From NCBI GenBank assembly GCA_964016885.1, contig OZ024764.1, positions 23,870,001-23,934,000 on the forward strand: a stretch of DNA of 64,000 bases, written 5' to 3'. Source of the DNA: Eledone cirrhosa (taxonomy: Eukaryota). A program made the position numbers and the translations under genes. Below the pieces are notes generated by a model. That model saw only the letters and a list, made by a program, of their open reading frames with translations, did not search any database and was not told the DNA's origin. Below are positions 12,022 through 26,069 of this stretch, piece after piece (the stretch's first letter is position 1; the number at the start of each line of letters is the position of its first letter).

Positions 12022-12893
12022 CAGGGTGCGGACTATAATTATTTGCAAGATTACTGTCTAGGAAAAAATAACACAGTAGTTTAGTTTTTTAAGATTTATT
12101 TATCAAACTTGGGTCAGTTTGTCTTCATGACTGGTTCTTTCAATCTCACTTGATAAACCCGCCATTGGCTTTGATGACGGCCTTGAAACCAGCTACAGGC
12201 CTTCGTCACTGTCCCCTGACTTAGGCCCCTAAAGGCACTTGTGATCCTGGCCTTCAGATCGTCTTTCGTAATGCAGCTAGATTTGTTGGTGTCTCGTTCC
12301 ACTCTGCCCCACACAAAGAAGTCGAAGGGGTTGCAGTCAGGCTAGCTGGGAGGCCAGATGTCAGGTGAAGTGTGGTTGATGAAGTTCTCTGACAGCCAGG
12401 CTTGGATCTTTCAGCTGGTATGGCAGGGCGCTGACTCTTGCTGCCACACGTACGGCCTACCTGCAGCTACCTGGTCGATCCAGGGCTTTACTACCTCGCG
12501 GATGTAGCCATCGGTGTTCAGCTTGAGACCCTCAGGGAAGCAGTGAGGGGGCATTACGTCACCTTGACTGCTGACGACACCTAAGACCAATGTTGTCGCT
12601 GGAAACTTTATCTGCATGACTCTGGGCACGTCTTTGGATGAGACAGCGAGCCACATGTTGTTCTGGGAGTTGATCTTCTGGTCCTTATTTGTCTTACCGG
12701 TGCTGATTCCAAGAAGAACTCTGTGTCTCTTCCACAAATTTGGAGGTTCAAAATTATTCATAATCAATTATTCTGGAAATAAATAATGGAAATATAGTCA
12801 TTGTTTTTATGAGGACAAGAGTGACAACGGAAGTAAAAAAAATTTGCATAAAATTAGCAGTTGAAAAATGCGACCAAATATCGTCCACACCTG
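12022..12893 (-). mobile_element. Internally deleted Tc1/mariner-superfamily transposon, DD37D (maT)-like
   Basis: TA|cagggtgcggac ... gtccacacctg|TA; VWQQ(E)SAPCH...WPPS*PDCNPFD with 37 residues between the 2nd and 3rd acidic positions. Confidence 0.85.
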
Positions 12894-14594
12894 TATATAT
12901 ATATATCATATATACATACATATATATATACATATATATTCATTGATGTCCTCTCTTTAAGCCTTTTTCCTGCTGATTCAATCTTATATATCGTCTTGCA
13001 GACTAAATAGGGGGTATTGTAGTGACCTACATTCCGAGGTCTCATGGATACATTCTCTGTGCGTTGTTTGGCTCAGTTCAGCCAATCGTTACCAGCTTAG
13101 GAAAATGTATCTCGACTTCTGCCCAGAGGGAAAAATTCCCGCAGAGATTCGATATTCTCTCTCTTGCAGCTCGACACCGTGAAGGTAAACATCTCTTGCC
13201 TTCGTTCCTCAAGCATAGACAATATGTAGCAACAGATATCACTACAGGTCTGGCTAACGCCTCAGCCAGTTGACCGTACGTCTTTAAATCTTTATAACCT
13301 TTTTATTGATAACATTAACTATCCTCTCAAGAGACATTCTTCTAACCTTTGTAATCTGTAAATAAATTATATATAAACAATTACAAAGTCGTGTGATGCT
13401 ATTTTCCACAACATTGCTTTTAACATCTTCAATGGTGACTTCCGTGATAGGATACACAAATACACACATTCTCAACACAAACATCTACTAAACGTAAGAG
13501 TTTAAAGAAAGAAAAGTTTGTAATGGATAATTTCACTGCTATTTCTAGCAGTCAGAGACACTACGTAGATATATAATTGATATTTTACTGAGTGACACCT
13601 TTTCATTTACTATCGATTAAATACGATTGGAACTGTCTGAATGTATTAAATTATATCAGGGACTTTTAACTAATGACACCGGTAAGGGAGTTAAATCATT
13701 TCCAACGATATCGAGTACCTGCTGTCTTAATCTAATTATATCTTGTGCAACAATTACATATATATCTGTTAGAACACGAAAAGTGTGAAACAACAGAATG
13801 TTCACTTTTCGTGTTCTAACATATATGCCTAACTTCTTCATAAATTTTTCGGGGATAGCCGTGGTGGTGGTGATCGTATGTCATTGGCTAATTTTCAACC
13901 AATCAGAGTAAGTGTTGATATATATATATATATATATACACTATTCCCCCTCTCTCTATATATATCTTACGCTTTCGCTTTACACTCCTCCCCTTCAATA
14001 ACACATTTCCCCCTCTCTATATATCTCTTCCACTGTTACTTACGCCTGTTTCTCTCTATCTGTTCCGTCTCTATATATATCTCTCTTACTCTTTGCACTC
14101 CTCCCCTTCAATACCATCTCTCCCCCTCTCTATATATTTGTTACTCTATCGCTGCACGCTCCTCTCCTTCAATATATCAATTACACACGCTTTACACTCC
14201 TTTATCCCCAGCGCCCCTATATATACCCCCCCCCCCCTCCTGCATCTATATTTTAATGTTCCGTTGCACCGTGAATATATGTGTCTATATATATATACAT
14301 ATATATTGTATATACACATTCATGTATGTGTATACACACTCATGTATGTATATACACTGGTTTTATGTGTGTATTGTAAATTTGTACTGTTAAAACACGA
14401 AACTAACATTCGTTTGACACTTTGATTACCTGTACAGGCAATAGTTATTAGAATGCTGTTGAAGTGTGTATATATTTTTGGGGGACATCCTGTATATACA
14501 CACATTATATATAATACAATAAACAGATAAATACACACATATATATATGAGCTTATTTAATTATAAATATTGTGAATTTTTAACTCAGTTCAAT

Positions 14595-14655
14595 TATATA
14601 TATAAATGGCTTCTACAGGACTAGAACTGTTTCATTCGAAAGAAATCATCATAAT
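14595..14655 (-). mobile_element. Penelope-like 3' fragment with damaged hammerhead motif
   Basis: Minus strand atgatgatttctttcgaatgaaacagttctagtcctgtagaagcc matches the family at 63254-63354. Confidence 0.55.
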
Positions 14656-15279
14656 ATTGAGAGGGGGGACTAGATAAAATATTTCAAATCAAATGTGTAT
14701 AAGTTATAAGTTAAAATGTATAAATAGAGACGATAGTGGAGGTATATCTGTTTAGTGGAACAGTAGACGATAGAATTAAATACAGACGAGAATCTCCCTT
14801 TAATGAAACAGCAGACGATAGAATTAAGGCAATTTAAATTTTAAGCATTTGCCTTTCATCGTTACGGGGTCGATAAAATAAAGTACCAGTAATACACTGT
14901 CACTATAAGTAGACGACTTTCAAATTGAATTGTTGGTTCCATTTCTTTAGTATTTTCAATTGTAGTTATCTACTTAAAAAGCGTTACACGGTTAGAGACA
15001 TAATTGGTAAGTTATATCTTCCCTATTAAACCATTGCATTATTTCGCCTACAATAGAACAAAAATGAAATGTTCTTTAAAGAAACAGGAATATAACTTTA
15101 TAAAAAAAAAAGTTGCATCCGCTTCTTTTATCATTGATAATTTTTTCGTTTTAATATTAATTGTTTTTTGTAGTTGTTTATATTAAAAATCTTACTGTAA
15201 TATTTACTTAAACGAAGGCAGACATCTAAACTTATAGATTAATCTTGAGCGAAAGACTAGATAAATCTCTCTCTCAACA

Positions 15280-15465
15280 AAGAATGATAACATTTCAAGC
15301 AAAGAGTTTAATTAGGTAATGACTTACAAATTTGTTTCAGTATATCTTTAATATAATATTATTAACTAATTATTATAATTAGCGCTTCAGGCTTTGTCTA
15401 TATACTGAAACAAATTTGTAAGTCATTACCTAATTAAACTCTTTGCTTGAAATTTTATCACTCTT
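15280..15465. repeat. Fold-back palindrome (66-bp arms) carrying hammerhead 3' halves
   Basis: Arms 15280-15345 and 15400-15465; GAAAC-aaattt-GTA at 15407-15420. Confidence 0.7.
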
Positions 15466-15659
15466 CGTTTTGAATTTCTCCTAAGTATTCAATACTCTGT
15501 TGAGAAATACATTTTACATAAACAGTCTTTGTACCATTTATACGGTATTAATTACTTATATTTATATATATATATATATATATAGCGTATGATTAGAACT
15601 GTGTTTATTATTAATATTTTAATGGATTTAATGAAAAATTTTAGGTGTTCATATATATA

Positions 15660-15725
15660 TTCTAAAAATGCGCGAAATCGTGAATCCGGGATAGTTGAAC
15701 CGCCAAGTAGCGAGGTATCACTGTA
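15660..15725. mobile_element. Tigger/pogo-like terminal fragment
   Basis: gaaccgccaagtagcgaggtatcactg|TA; complementary-type end TA|cagtaatcccccgctatatcgcggttc at 20119. Confidence 0.55.
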
Positions 15726-15751
15726 TATATGTTTAAATATATAGTGTAGCT

Positions 15752-16216
15752 GTGATGTATCTCGCGAGTGAATCGAGACCTGTCACTGATTTTGGTGTCC
15801 CCACTGCCGATGTGAATGAGCAACGCTGCACTTGTGAATTGGGTCTTGATGTTGCAGGCAGTTCATATACTTACAATGATGCGGTCCCACAAGCTTGTTC
15901 ACATTCCTGTGCTAATAATCTAGATGGGCGTATTAAATTGGATGTGAAAGCAGCTTACCGGATGCGGAATCGGGAGAAGTTGAGACAAAAACAGGCCGAT
16001 TATAGAGCTGTGAATTTTGCTAAATTAACACAAAAACAGGCCAAGTATAGATGTTCAAAACGGTATGAGTTGGCAAACAAGCAGGCCAAGTATAGATCTG
16101 CAAATTCATCTATTATATCTCAAAAGCAAGCCGAGCGTAGAGCTTCTAAACGTACCGAGTTGGCTAAAGAGCAGACCAAGTACAGATCTGCAAATATCTT
16201 ATTGCACAAACAATAA
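15752..16216 (+). other. ORF remnant with 15-aa basic repeats (KQAKYRS-type), probably transposon-derived
   Basis: KQADYR, KQAKYR, KQAKYR, KQAERR, EQTKYR spaced 15 aa apart; non-ATG start. Confidence 0.4.
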
Positions 16217-16249
16217 TTCTGCACAAATGTTGCTCCATTATTTTGGCAG

Positions 16250-16425
16250 TATTGGTAGAGGGTCGGATGCCATGCTTTCCAGCATAGTTACGTCCCTTTA
16301 CGATCTGAGTTCAAATCCTGCCGAGGTTGACTTTGCCTTTCATCCTTACGGGGTAGATAAAATAAAGTACCAGTAATGCACTGGGTAATTGCTGGCCTTG
16401 TGCCTAAAGTAGAAACAATTATTAG
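16250..16425 (+). mobile_element. SINE (Nin/Deu-domain-like); further copies at ~14840 and 17730-17900
   Basis: B-box gagttcaaatcc, gttgactttgcctttcatcc...gataaaataaagtaccag, tail ggccttgtgcctaaagtagaaacaatta. Confidence 0.7.
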
Positions 16426-16607
16426 ATCTAATGTTGCAACGATACAGTTAAATGTTGTCTGTGTATTTTAAAAAAGATTTGCTAATAATCTTTTCAAATT
16501 TCATTACGCCAATGATTCAAGCTCAAATTGACATTATCTAAAAAATTGTACAAACAGCGGTGGATTAGCAGTAGTGAACAGATAAATCAGTCAATTTATT
16601 AAGATTG

Positions 16608-17262
16608 ACTTGGCATCAATCAGCAAGACCTTCATTAGCTGCTCTCCAGCCATCTATTTAAAGCTGTATACATCTATGGTACGAATACACTTGGAGTTCG
16701 CGTCATCAGTCTGGAACCCCTATCTTGCTCAGAACATTGACCTCCTGGAAACTGTTCAGAGACATGCAACCAAGCGCATACCCTCCATCAGACACCTACC
16801 ATACCCTGAATATTTTGCTTCCCTCTGGCAATGGACTTGGTAAACACCCACAAAGTTATTAACCATCCGACCAACAACAACCCCGAACACCTTTTTGATC
16901 TCCATGTGTCTAACACGTGGACATGCCTACAAAGTCAGAAAACAACACAGCTCCCATGACTTTAGGAAATATTTCTTCATGCTCAGAGTTGCTGAAGGAT
17001 GGAACAAACTTCCTGCATCAGTTGTTAGCTGATGACACACTGCATCCTTTAAAACCATCATACATTCCGAAATACACCAAAACTACACCTGATGTCCCCC
17101 TTCCATACACATGCACATATGTGTATATCATGACTCATGCACTGTTCTTTTTTCCTGACGTTTTTATATTACCCTATGTATTATATATGCACTTTTGATG
17201 AGTTGTAGTGCACCTCAGCATTGTACACAATATTTTCATTATTATTATCATTATTATTATTA
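16608..17262 (+). mobile_element. CR1/L2-type LINE 3' fragment
   Basis: LYTSMVRIHLEFASSVWNP...ETVQRHATK; (tta)n tail; same family as 57548-60522. Confidence 0.85.
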
Positions 17263-18453
17263 CACTCATTGATCCATTTTGCACTAACTCTGCATCAAGC
17301 ACCCTCACCTAAATATTAACCAATCAAGGATCCAATACAGCTATCTGTTGGATGAGTATTGTATAGTGCCAAAAACGAAACCAATCAGTTTAGCAGAAAG
17401 TTTCCAGACAAGAAACACGCATATTTTGCTATCCTCAAACACGTTTACACATGGCATGAAATATAACTAATCCGAGATGGCTAGGTTTCATCTTCTAACT
17501 GGATATACGAAATCCATTATGTCTTGACAACAACATGAGGTAACATTATGTTATTCACAGACACACTTTGTACACTGTTCCATATCAGAATGTATTTCCT
17601 TCGTCACATTCACAAACAGTATTGAAAATATGTTCTTCGGCAAATAAAAATGTTTTGTTCATAATATTTCAACTAGCGATTGCTCTACTCCACGCACGAC
17701 CACCATAAATTAATGACCAGCTCAACACAAGTATTGGTAGAGCGTCAGACACCATGCTTTGCAGTATTGTTATGGTCCTTTGCATTCTAAGTTCAAATCC
17801 TGCCGAGGTTAACTTCGACTTTCATACTTACTAATTCGATAAAATAAAGTACCAGTAATGGACTGCCGTAATGGATTTGTGCCGAAAAATAGAAACACTA
17901 TTAATGTGCAATAAGAGCAAAATATAACGACATTGCTCAATTATTTTATCTAATGTTGTAATAACACAAGGAAATGTTGTTTGTGTATTTTTTTTTATAT
18001 TTGCTCATAGGCTTTTACAATTTCGCTCAGCCAACAACTATTAAAAAGTGAGTTGCTTAAGATAACAATTTAATCACAAATTGTTGCTATCTTTTAATAC
18101 ACTCCAACAAGTCATCAAATTATGTACAATAAAAACAAATCTTATTAATTTGCTCAGGGAATATAAAGAAAATGTATATACACTGATAATTGCAATTGTA
18201 TGTAAATATTTTGTTTTTGTATTGTTTATTTTATGTTTTCTATTATGTATAATATATTGATTTAATATTGATTGTTTTTTGTAGTTGTTTATATTAAAAG
18301 TCTGAAAATATTTTTATACATCTTACACTAATATTTATAAGATAATTTATAATAACAATTACATAATCTAATTACATTACAACGATAATTTATTATTAAT
18401 ATATATCCTGTTTAACTAGAGTTATTACAAGCGTTGCCTTAAAAAAATATTAA

Positions 18454-19410
18454 ACTAGACATGAAAAATGCGCAAGCTCAAAAGTGCCACAGAATGATAT
18501 AATAAACATTCAAAAGTGTGGGACTAGAGTTGTTGCTAAAAAATATTGTAATCATTATATATCGTACATTCTGTGGCATCCTTTATAAAAATAGCTTAAA
18601 CCAACGAAGCCTTTATTTTTACGCTATTTCACTTAGTTAATTCTTAGAGTGTAACATATAAAAATAAATACATCTATGTTTAATGTAATAACAGCTATAA
18701 ATAATTACGTAATATTATTATCATATACTCATAGTAACAAAATAATTGTGTTGAAAATTAATATGATGCTTATATGAACGATCAAATCTATAATGATAAT
18801 TTCTTAAATATACTAATAGTAAAATAATTTAGTTATCTATTGTTACATTTTCATAGAACTATAATATTAACAATCGCATTGCATTATCAAATTTTTATCA
18901 CTACAAACTTTCATATTGGAATTACCTTAAGCCACTTATTATTACTTCGCTTTCGTACTTTTACAGCTGTAGATATTGCGCTGTATCTTATATCTAATAT
19001 CAATATCTCATGGTAATTTGCATGCAGTGTAAAATAGGTTTATTAATAACTTTAATATGAAATGTATTATACAGGGCTGCGGAGTCGGCCAAAAATTGAC
19101 TGGCTCCAACTCAGGATCCGATACTCCATTATTTCCTAAATTTCAGCTCCGCAGCTCTGTTATTATATTAATTAATTTATTTTATAGTTGTAAATCATAT
19201 TTTTATATGTTACACTCTAAGAATTAACTAAGTGAAATAGCGTAAAAATAAAGGCTTCGTTGGTTTAAGCTATTTTTATAAAGGATGCCACAGAATGTAC
19301 GATATATAATGATTACAATATTTTTTAGCAACAACTCTAGTCCCACACTTTTGAAGGTTTATTATAACATTCTGTGGCACTTTTGAGCTTGCGCATTTTT
19401 CATGTCTAGT
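18454..19410. repeat. Long inverted repeat, ~213-bp arms with CTAG termini
   Basis: actagacatgaaaaatgcgc...catataaaaata (18454-18666) vs tatttttatatg...gcgcatttttcatgtctagt (19198-19410). Confidence 0.9.
19072..19159. mobile_element. Tiny hAT-type MITE
   Basis: TIR cagggctgcggag / ctccgcagctctg; 8-bp TSD gtattata/ttattata (7 of 8 match). Confidence 0.7.
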
Positions 19411-19774
19411 ATATATATATATACACACAATTTTAATTCCCCGACATCAGTCTTACACTCTTATATCTATTCTTACTTTACAATTGTGTCTACTAAGAGT
19501 TCCATTACAATCTGTAGTAGTAAAACTACTATTTCACCAGAACATCTGCTATCAGTCATTTATAGACAATATATATATTTTAGACCACATATCAACCTAA
19601 TATATATATATTTCCTATCAAATCTGTAGCTAAAGACATAAAGTCAGCCTCACTACTTCATTCTGACAAGATATCAATTTATGACTAAAGATGAAGAAGA
19701 TACACCAACGTTAATGTCGTGAAATAAAGCTGATAACATTGAAACTTCTAATTTGATAACAAAGAGATTATTTC

Positions 19775-19834
19775 TTTGGTTGTTTAGTAACAACTAACAA
19801 CACAACACATTGATTATATGTGAAGGAGGTAAGT
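19775..19834 (+). other. Putative non-coding 5' exon end and splice donor of zinc-finger gene 2
   Basis: gaaggag|gtaagt at 19829, conserved in the paralog at 31752. Confidence 0.5.
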
Positions 19835-20118
19835 TGACAAAGATGTACTTAATGTCTATATTAATGTGTGTAAATAATATAATTATGTGACCCCTACAAC
19901 GATCGAGTAATTAACCAGATTCCACTGTTACATGTGATATAAAATATATTGTTATCATGACTGTCTTTATTATTTAAAATACCTCCGTCTATATTTCAAC
20001 CACTGGAACAACCTCAAACAAGAAACAGTTGTCACCCTCAGTCAACATTTTAATGTCAAACATCGAGATAAATGTTGTGAGTGTATATAGATAGATGTAT
20101 GTTGTGTGTGTATATATA

Positions 20119-20270
20119 CAGTAATCCCCCGCTATATCGCGGTTCACTTTTCGCGCTCCCGTTACATCGCTGATATTTCTTTGGAACGTATCTAATTTCC
20201 TATCGCGGTAATCCTCGCCACATCGCGGATTATTCGTTAGAACATATCTATTTTCTTATCGCGGTATGTC
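20119..20270. mobile_element. Tigger/pogo-like terminal fragment
   Basis: TA|cagtaatcccccgctatatcgcgg with repeated atcgcgg. Confidence 0.55.
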
Positions 20271-20449
20271 TGAATAATAAGTGTTTAAATCTTAAACTTA
20301 TTAAATAAGTTTCAATGTTATTAAAGTGTATATCGTAAGGAAGGGACATCTTAAGGCTTTAACTATGAACAAATGTTTTTATTTTTCATTCCATTACTGT
20401 TTTACTGATTGTGTTTTGCTCTAATCTACTACAAACCTTTCATAGATTG

Positions 20450-21000
20450 ACGGGAGATGTGCAGTGTATTACCAAGTGGCTACCGTGACTGGCAATGGTC
20501 CTCATTGGTAACTAGTGGTTAAAGCTGTCATGGTTAAAGTCGCCTGCAATGATTATGAAGTCATTGTCGTTTGTTATGGCAGTAGTGTGCATTAAGGACT
20601 CGTAATACTTATTCTTAAGTTCGTCTGGCAACCCCGATTGGTGTTCGTAAGATGATATTATTGTGGCAATTGTTTTATTCAGGACTAGTCTGAGTTTAAT
20701 TATTCATGCGTTCACCCTGTACACTGAGATTGCCTTATCTACCCATTTGTCAGCTAATGGTATACCTACACCACCCATCCCGTTGTTATTTTCCCACTCA
20801 GAAAAATTTATAGCACTGACTTTTGCCTACAAGGACTCTAGCGAACTCTCCTCTCCACCTAATCTCTTACACACAGCATACATCAATTTCCTTTCACTCT
20901 TACATTTCTACAATTTCTCCTGCCCTTCCATTCATTGTGCTTACGTTGATGGTTCCAACTCAGAGTTTTGGACATTTGCCATCATTCGTGGGAAAAGGTG
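20450..21000 (-). mobile_element. RTE LINE endonuclease fragment
   Basis: Minus-strand GGVGI...KLRLV...IIIAGDFNH. Confidence 0.7.
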
Positions 21001-21159
21001 AATTTTTGCAGTGGAGTGTGTATGCTTCCTGTCTGTGAATTAAAACTTAGCATGGGTGCTTAGTAACTCACGGATTCATATTCATTTATTTATTCGGGGT
21101 TGATTCCATTTATCCTTCGCTCCGCCATAGATAACGGTAAACAAGAATTTTTTGGTGCA

Positions 21160-22490
21160 GGGCTAGAAGGACAGTTGTAGTAATGGCAGAGTTTGTTGGG
21201 GCTGGTAAGGGCTAGAAGGACAGTAGTAGTAATGGCAGAGTTTGTTGGGGCTGGTAAGGGCTACAAGGACAGTAGTAGTGGCAGAGTTTTTTGGGGCTGG
21301 TAAGGGTTACAAGGACAGTAGTAGTAATGGCAGAGTTTGTTGGGGCTGGTAAGGGCTACAAGGACAGTAGTAGTAGTGGCAGAGTTTGTTGGGGCTGGTA
21401 AGGGGTAGAAGGACAGTAGTAGCAATGGCAGAGTTTGTTGGGGCTGGTAAGGGGTAGAAGGACAGTAGTAGTAATGGCAGAGTTTGTTGGGGCTGGTAAG
21501 AGCTACAAGGACAGTAGTAGCAATGGCAGAGTTTGTTGGGGCTGGTAAGGGGTAGAAGGACAGTAGTAGCAATGGCAGAGTTTGTTGGGGCTGGTAAGGG
21601 GTAGAAGGACAGTAGTAGTAATGGCAGAGTTTGTTGGGGCTGGTAAGAGCTACAAGGACAGTAGTAGCAATGGCAGAGTTTGTTGGGGCTGGTAAGGGCT
21701 ACAAGGACAGTAGTAGCAATGGCAGAGTTTGTTGGGGCTGGTAAGGGCTAGAAGGACAGTAGTAGTAATGGCAGAGTTTGTTGGGGCTGGTAAGAGCTAG
21801 AAGGACAGTAGTAGCAATGGCAGAGTTTGTTGGGGCTGGTAAGGGCTAGAAGGACAGTAGTAGCAATGGCAGAGTTTGTTGGGGCTGGTAAGAGCTAGAA
21901 GGACAGTAGTAGCAATGGCAGAGTTTGTTGGGGCTGGTAAGGGCTACAAGGACAGTAGTAGCAATGGCAGAGTTTGTTGGGGCTGGTAAGGGCTAGAAGG
22001 ACAGTAGTAGTAATGGCAAAGTTTGTTGGGGCTGGTAACGGCTAGAAGGACAGTAGTAGCAATGGCAGAGTGTGTTGCGGCTGGTAAGGGGTAGAAGGAC
22101 AGTAGTAGTAATGACAGAGTTTGTTGGGGCTGGTAAGGGCTACAAGGACAGTAGTAGCAATGGCAGAGTGTGTTGCGGCTGGTAAGGGGTAGAAGGACAG
22201 TAGTAGCAATGGCAGAGTTTGTTGGGGCTGGTAAGGGCTAGAAGGACAATAGTAGTAATGGCAGAGTTTGTTGGGGCTGGTAAGGGCTAGAAGGACAGTA
22301 GTAGCAATGGCAGAGTTTGTTAGGGCTGGTAAGGGCTAGAAGGACAATAGTAGTAATGGCAGAGTTTGTTGGGGCTGGTAAGAGCTAGAAGGACAGTAGT
22401 AGCAATGGCAGAGTTTGTTAGGGCTGGTAAGAGCTAGAAGGACAGTAGTAGCAATGGCAGAGTTTGTTAGGGCGGGTAATGGGTAAGGAC
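21160..22490. repeat. Minisatellite, 49-bp unit, ~27 copies
   Basis: gaaggacagtagtagcaatggcagagtttgttggggctggtaagggcta in tandem. Confidence 0.95.
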
Positions 22491-22894
22491 ATGTTGCTGA
22501 GATTTGATTGGTCAAATAGCCAATGGTGGTGAGTGGGAAATTGTGAGATAGGTAGCCATCATAACATATATCATCACAGGAGATTCAGAGGAAATAAGCA
22601 GATATAAGTAGGCTTATTACACAAGGCACATATGCAAGAATTTTGAAGATGGTCACCTAGCTTCGTAAACACCGAAATGAATGAGTGGGAGAAAGGGGAG
22701 GTAATGGCGGGGGTGAGGGGTGAGTTTGTAGAGAAAGAGACAATGTCCAACATGGTTTATATCAAAAACAAGGTCGAAGTATATACGTTGTGGAAACAAG
22801 TGAATGATAATAATAATGTAAACAGAACATTTTGAAATTGGGGAAGAAAGATAGCTGTAGAATAGAAATAATCTATGGATGTCTTGGATATAAG

Positions 22895-23330
22895 TTATAT
22901 ATATATGTTGTGATGTCACTGGTGCCAAGCTGTGTCAGCCATTGCCTTTCCCTTGGACAACATATATAGTGTATAATATATATTGTACACAGTGTATACA
23001 TATATTGTACACAGTGTATATATAGTGTATATATGTTGTGATGTCACTGGTACCAAGCTGTGTCAGCCATTGCCTTTCTCTTGGACAACATATATAGTGT
23101 ATATATATGTTGTACACAGTGTATATATAATATATATATAGTGTATATATATGTTGTGATGTCACTGGTACCAAGCTGTATCAGCCATTGTCTTTCCCTT
23201 GGACAACATATATAGTGTATATATATGTTGTACACAGTGTATATATAGTGTATATATATGTTGTGATGTCACTGGTACCAAGCTGTATCAGCCATTGCCT
23301 TTCTCTTGGACAACATATATAGTGTATATT
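22895..23330. repeat. Tandem repeat, ~105-125-bp unit, 4 copies
   Basis: atgttgtgatgtcactggtaccaagctgt...ggacaacatatatagtgtata repeated. Confidence 0.85.
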
Positions 23331-23938
23331 AGTATATTAGGGAAAAAGTAACGTCTTCGACGCTGGGAAATACGTTACAGGTGTAAAATTTCCACTGTTA
23401 AATCTATCTCTGTATTTTAAGTATTCTCTATTATCTCATACTGTTTCTTTTTTATAAGTCCTATAAGAATGAATTTTTTGCTAAACTGCAATAGAGCAAA
23501 CCTACGATGTGATACAAGGATAACATTTATAGAGCATGCTGGAATACCACTACTTACATTGGAGAGAATTACTCTGGACAGGAAAGTTGATATCTACAGT
23601 TTACCAATATAGAAATATAAAATTTCCACTGTTAAATCTATCTCTGCTTCTTAACTGTTTATTTCTTATTTCAGAATATCAGATGACATTGGGATAAATT
23701 ATTATTTTCAATCTTGGATACACATCACCTCTATTTATCATCATTTGAAGACTAAAACCTTCTAAACAGAACTTATATAACGCTGTTTATATAAATCTGT
23801 CATTGAATTACTTATTATTTTCCTCCCTATGTGATATTTTTGTATTTTAACTAAACTTGCATGAAACATAAGTTTGTATTATCTTCAGATGTTAACTGAA
23901 ATCACAGTTGAGGGAAATATAGAAGATATATATTTTAG

Positions 23939-25186
<1,248 letters not shown>

Positions 25187-25938
25187 CACTGTGGTATCTC
25201 TGGTAAATCTTTCTCTGATAGTGGTGCCTTAACTAGCCACAAACGTATACATACAGGAGACAAGCCATACCAATGTGATATCTGTGGTAAGTCATTCTCT
25301 CAAAGTAGTAACTTAACGGTACACATATGTAACCATACTGGAGACAAGCCATATAACTGCGATATCTGTGGTAAATCATTCTCTCAAAGTGGTACCTTAA
25401 TTATTCACAAACGTACACATACAGGAGAGAAGCCATATCACTGTGATATCTGTAGTAAATCATTCTCTAAGGGTACCTTAACTAGACACAAACGTACCCA
25501 TACAGGTGACAAGCCATATCACTGTGATATCTGTGGTAAATCATTCTCTCAAAGTATTACCTTAACTAGACACAGACGTATACATACAGGAGACAAGCCA
25601 TACCACTGTGATATCTGTGATAAATCATTCTCTCAAAGTAGTCACTTAACAAGACACATATATACCCATACAGGAGACAAGCCATACCACTGTGATATCT
25701 GTGGTAAATCATTCACTGAAAGTAATGCCTTAACTAGCCACAAACGTATACATACAGGAGACAAGCCATATCAATGTGATATCTGTGGTAAATCATTCTC
25801 TCAAAGTAGTTCCTTAACTAGCCACAAACATATACATACAGGAGACAAGCCATATCAATGTGATATCTGTGGTATATCATTCTCTTGGAAAAGTAGCCTA
25901 ACTACTCATAAACTCATACATGCAGAGGAGAAATCTTA
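25187..25938 (+). pseudogene. About 9 further fingers beyond the stop codon
   Basis: 84-bp units continue, with a C->S change and an indel near 25470. Confidence 0.8.
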
Positions 25939-26069
25939 ATGCATTGACATCAGTGATAAATCCTCTCAAAATTGTGAATTAATGAGAATACCAATATATA
26001 TCAGTGTAATATCTCTGGTAAATCATTCTCTTTCAATGCTACATTAACTTCACACAAACATATACAGGT

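Larger units (their letters stand above)
13765..19409 (+). mobile_element. 5.6-kb composite insertion with Helitron-like termini (A|TC ... CTAG|T)
   Basis: Paralog at 31186-31920 joins the 13520-13764 and 19410-19990 sequences directly through a TA run. Confidence 0.55.

Noticed and set aside
13000-13285. GC-richer island with short ORFs
   Set aside because: No recognisable motif in any frame; left unassigned
15660-20270. A single Tigger element spanning both terminal fragments
   Set aside because: The two ends face away from each other and do not enclose the interval
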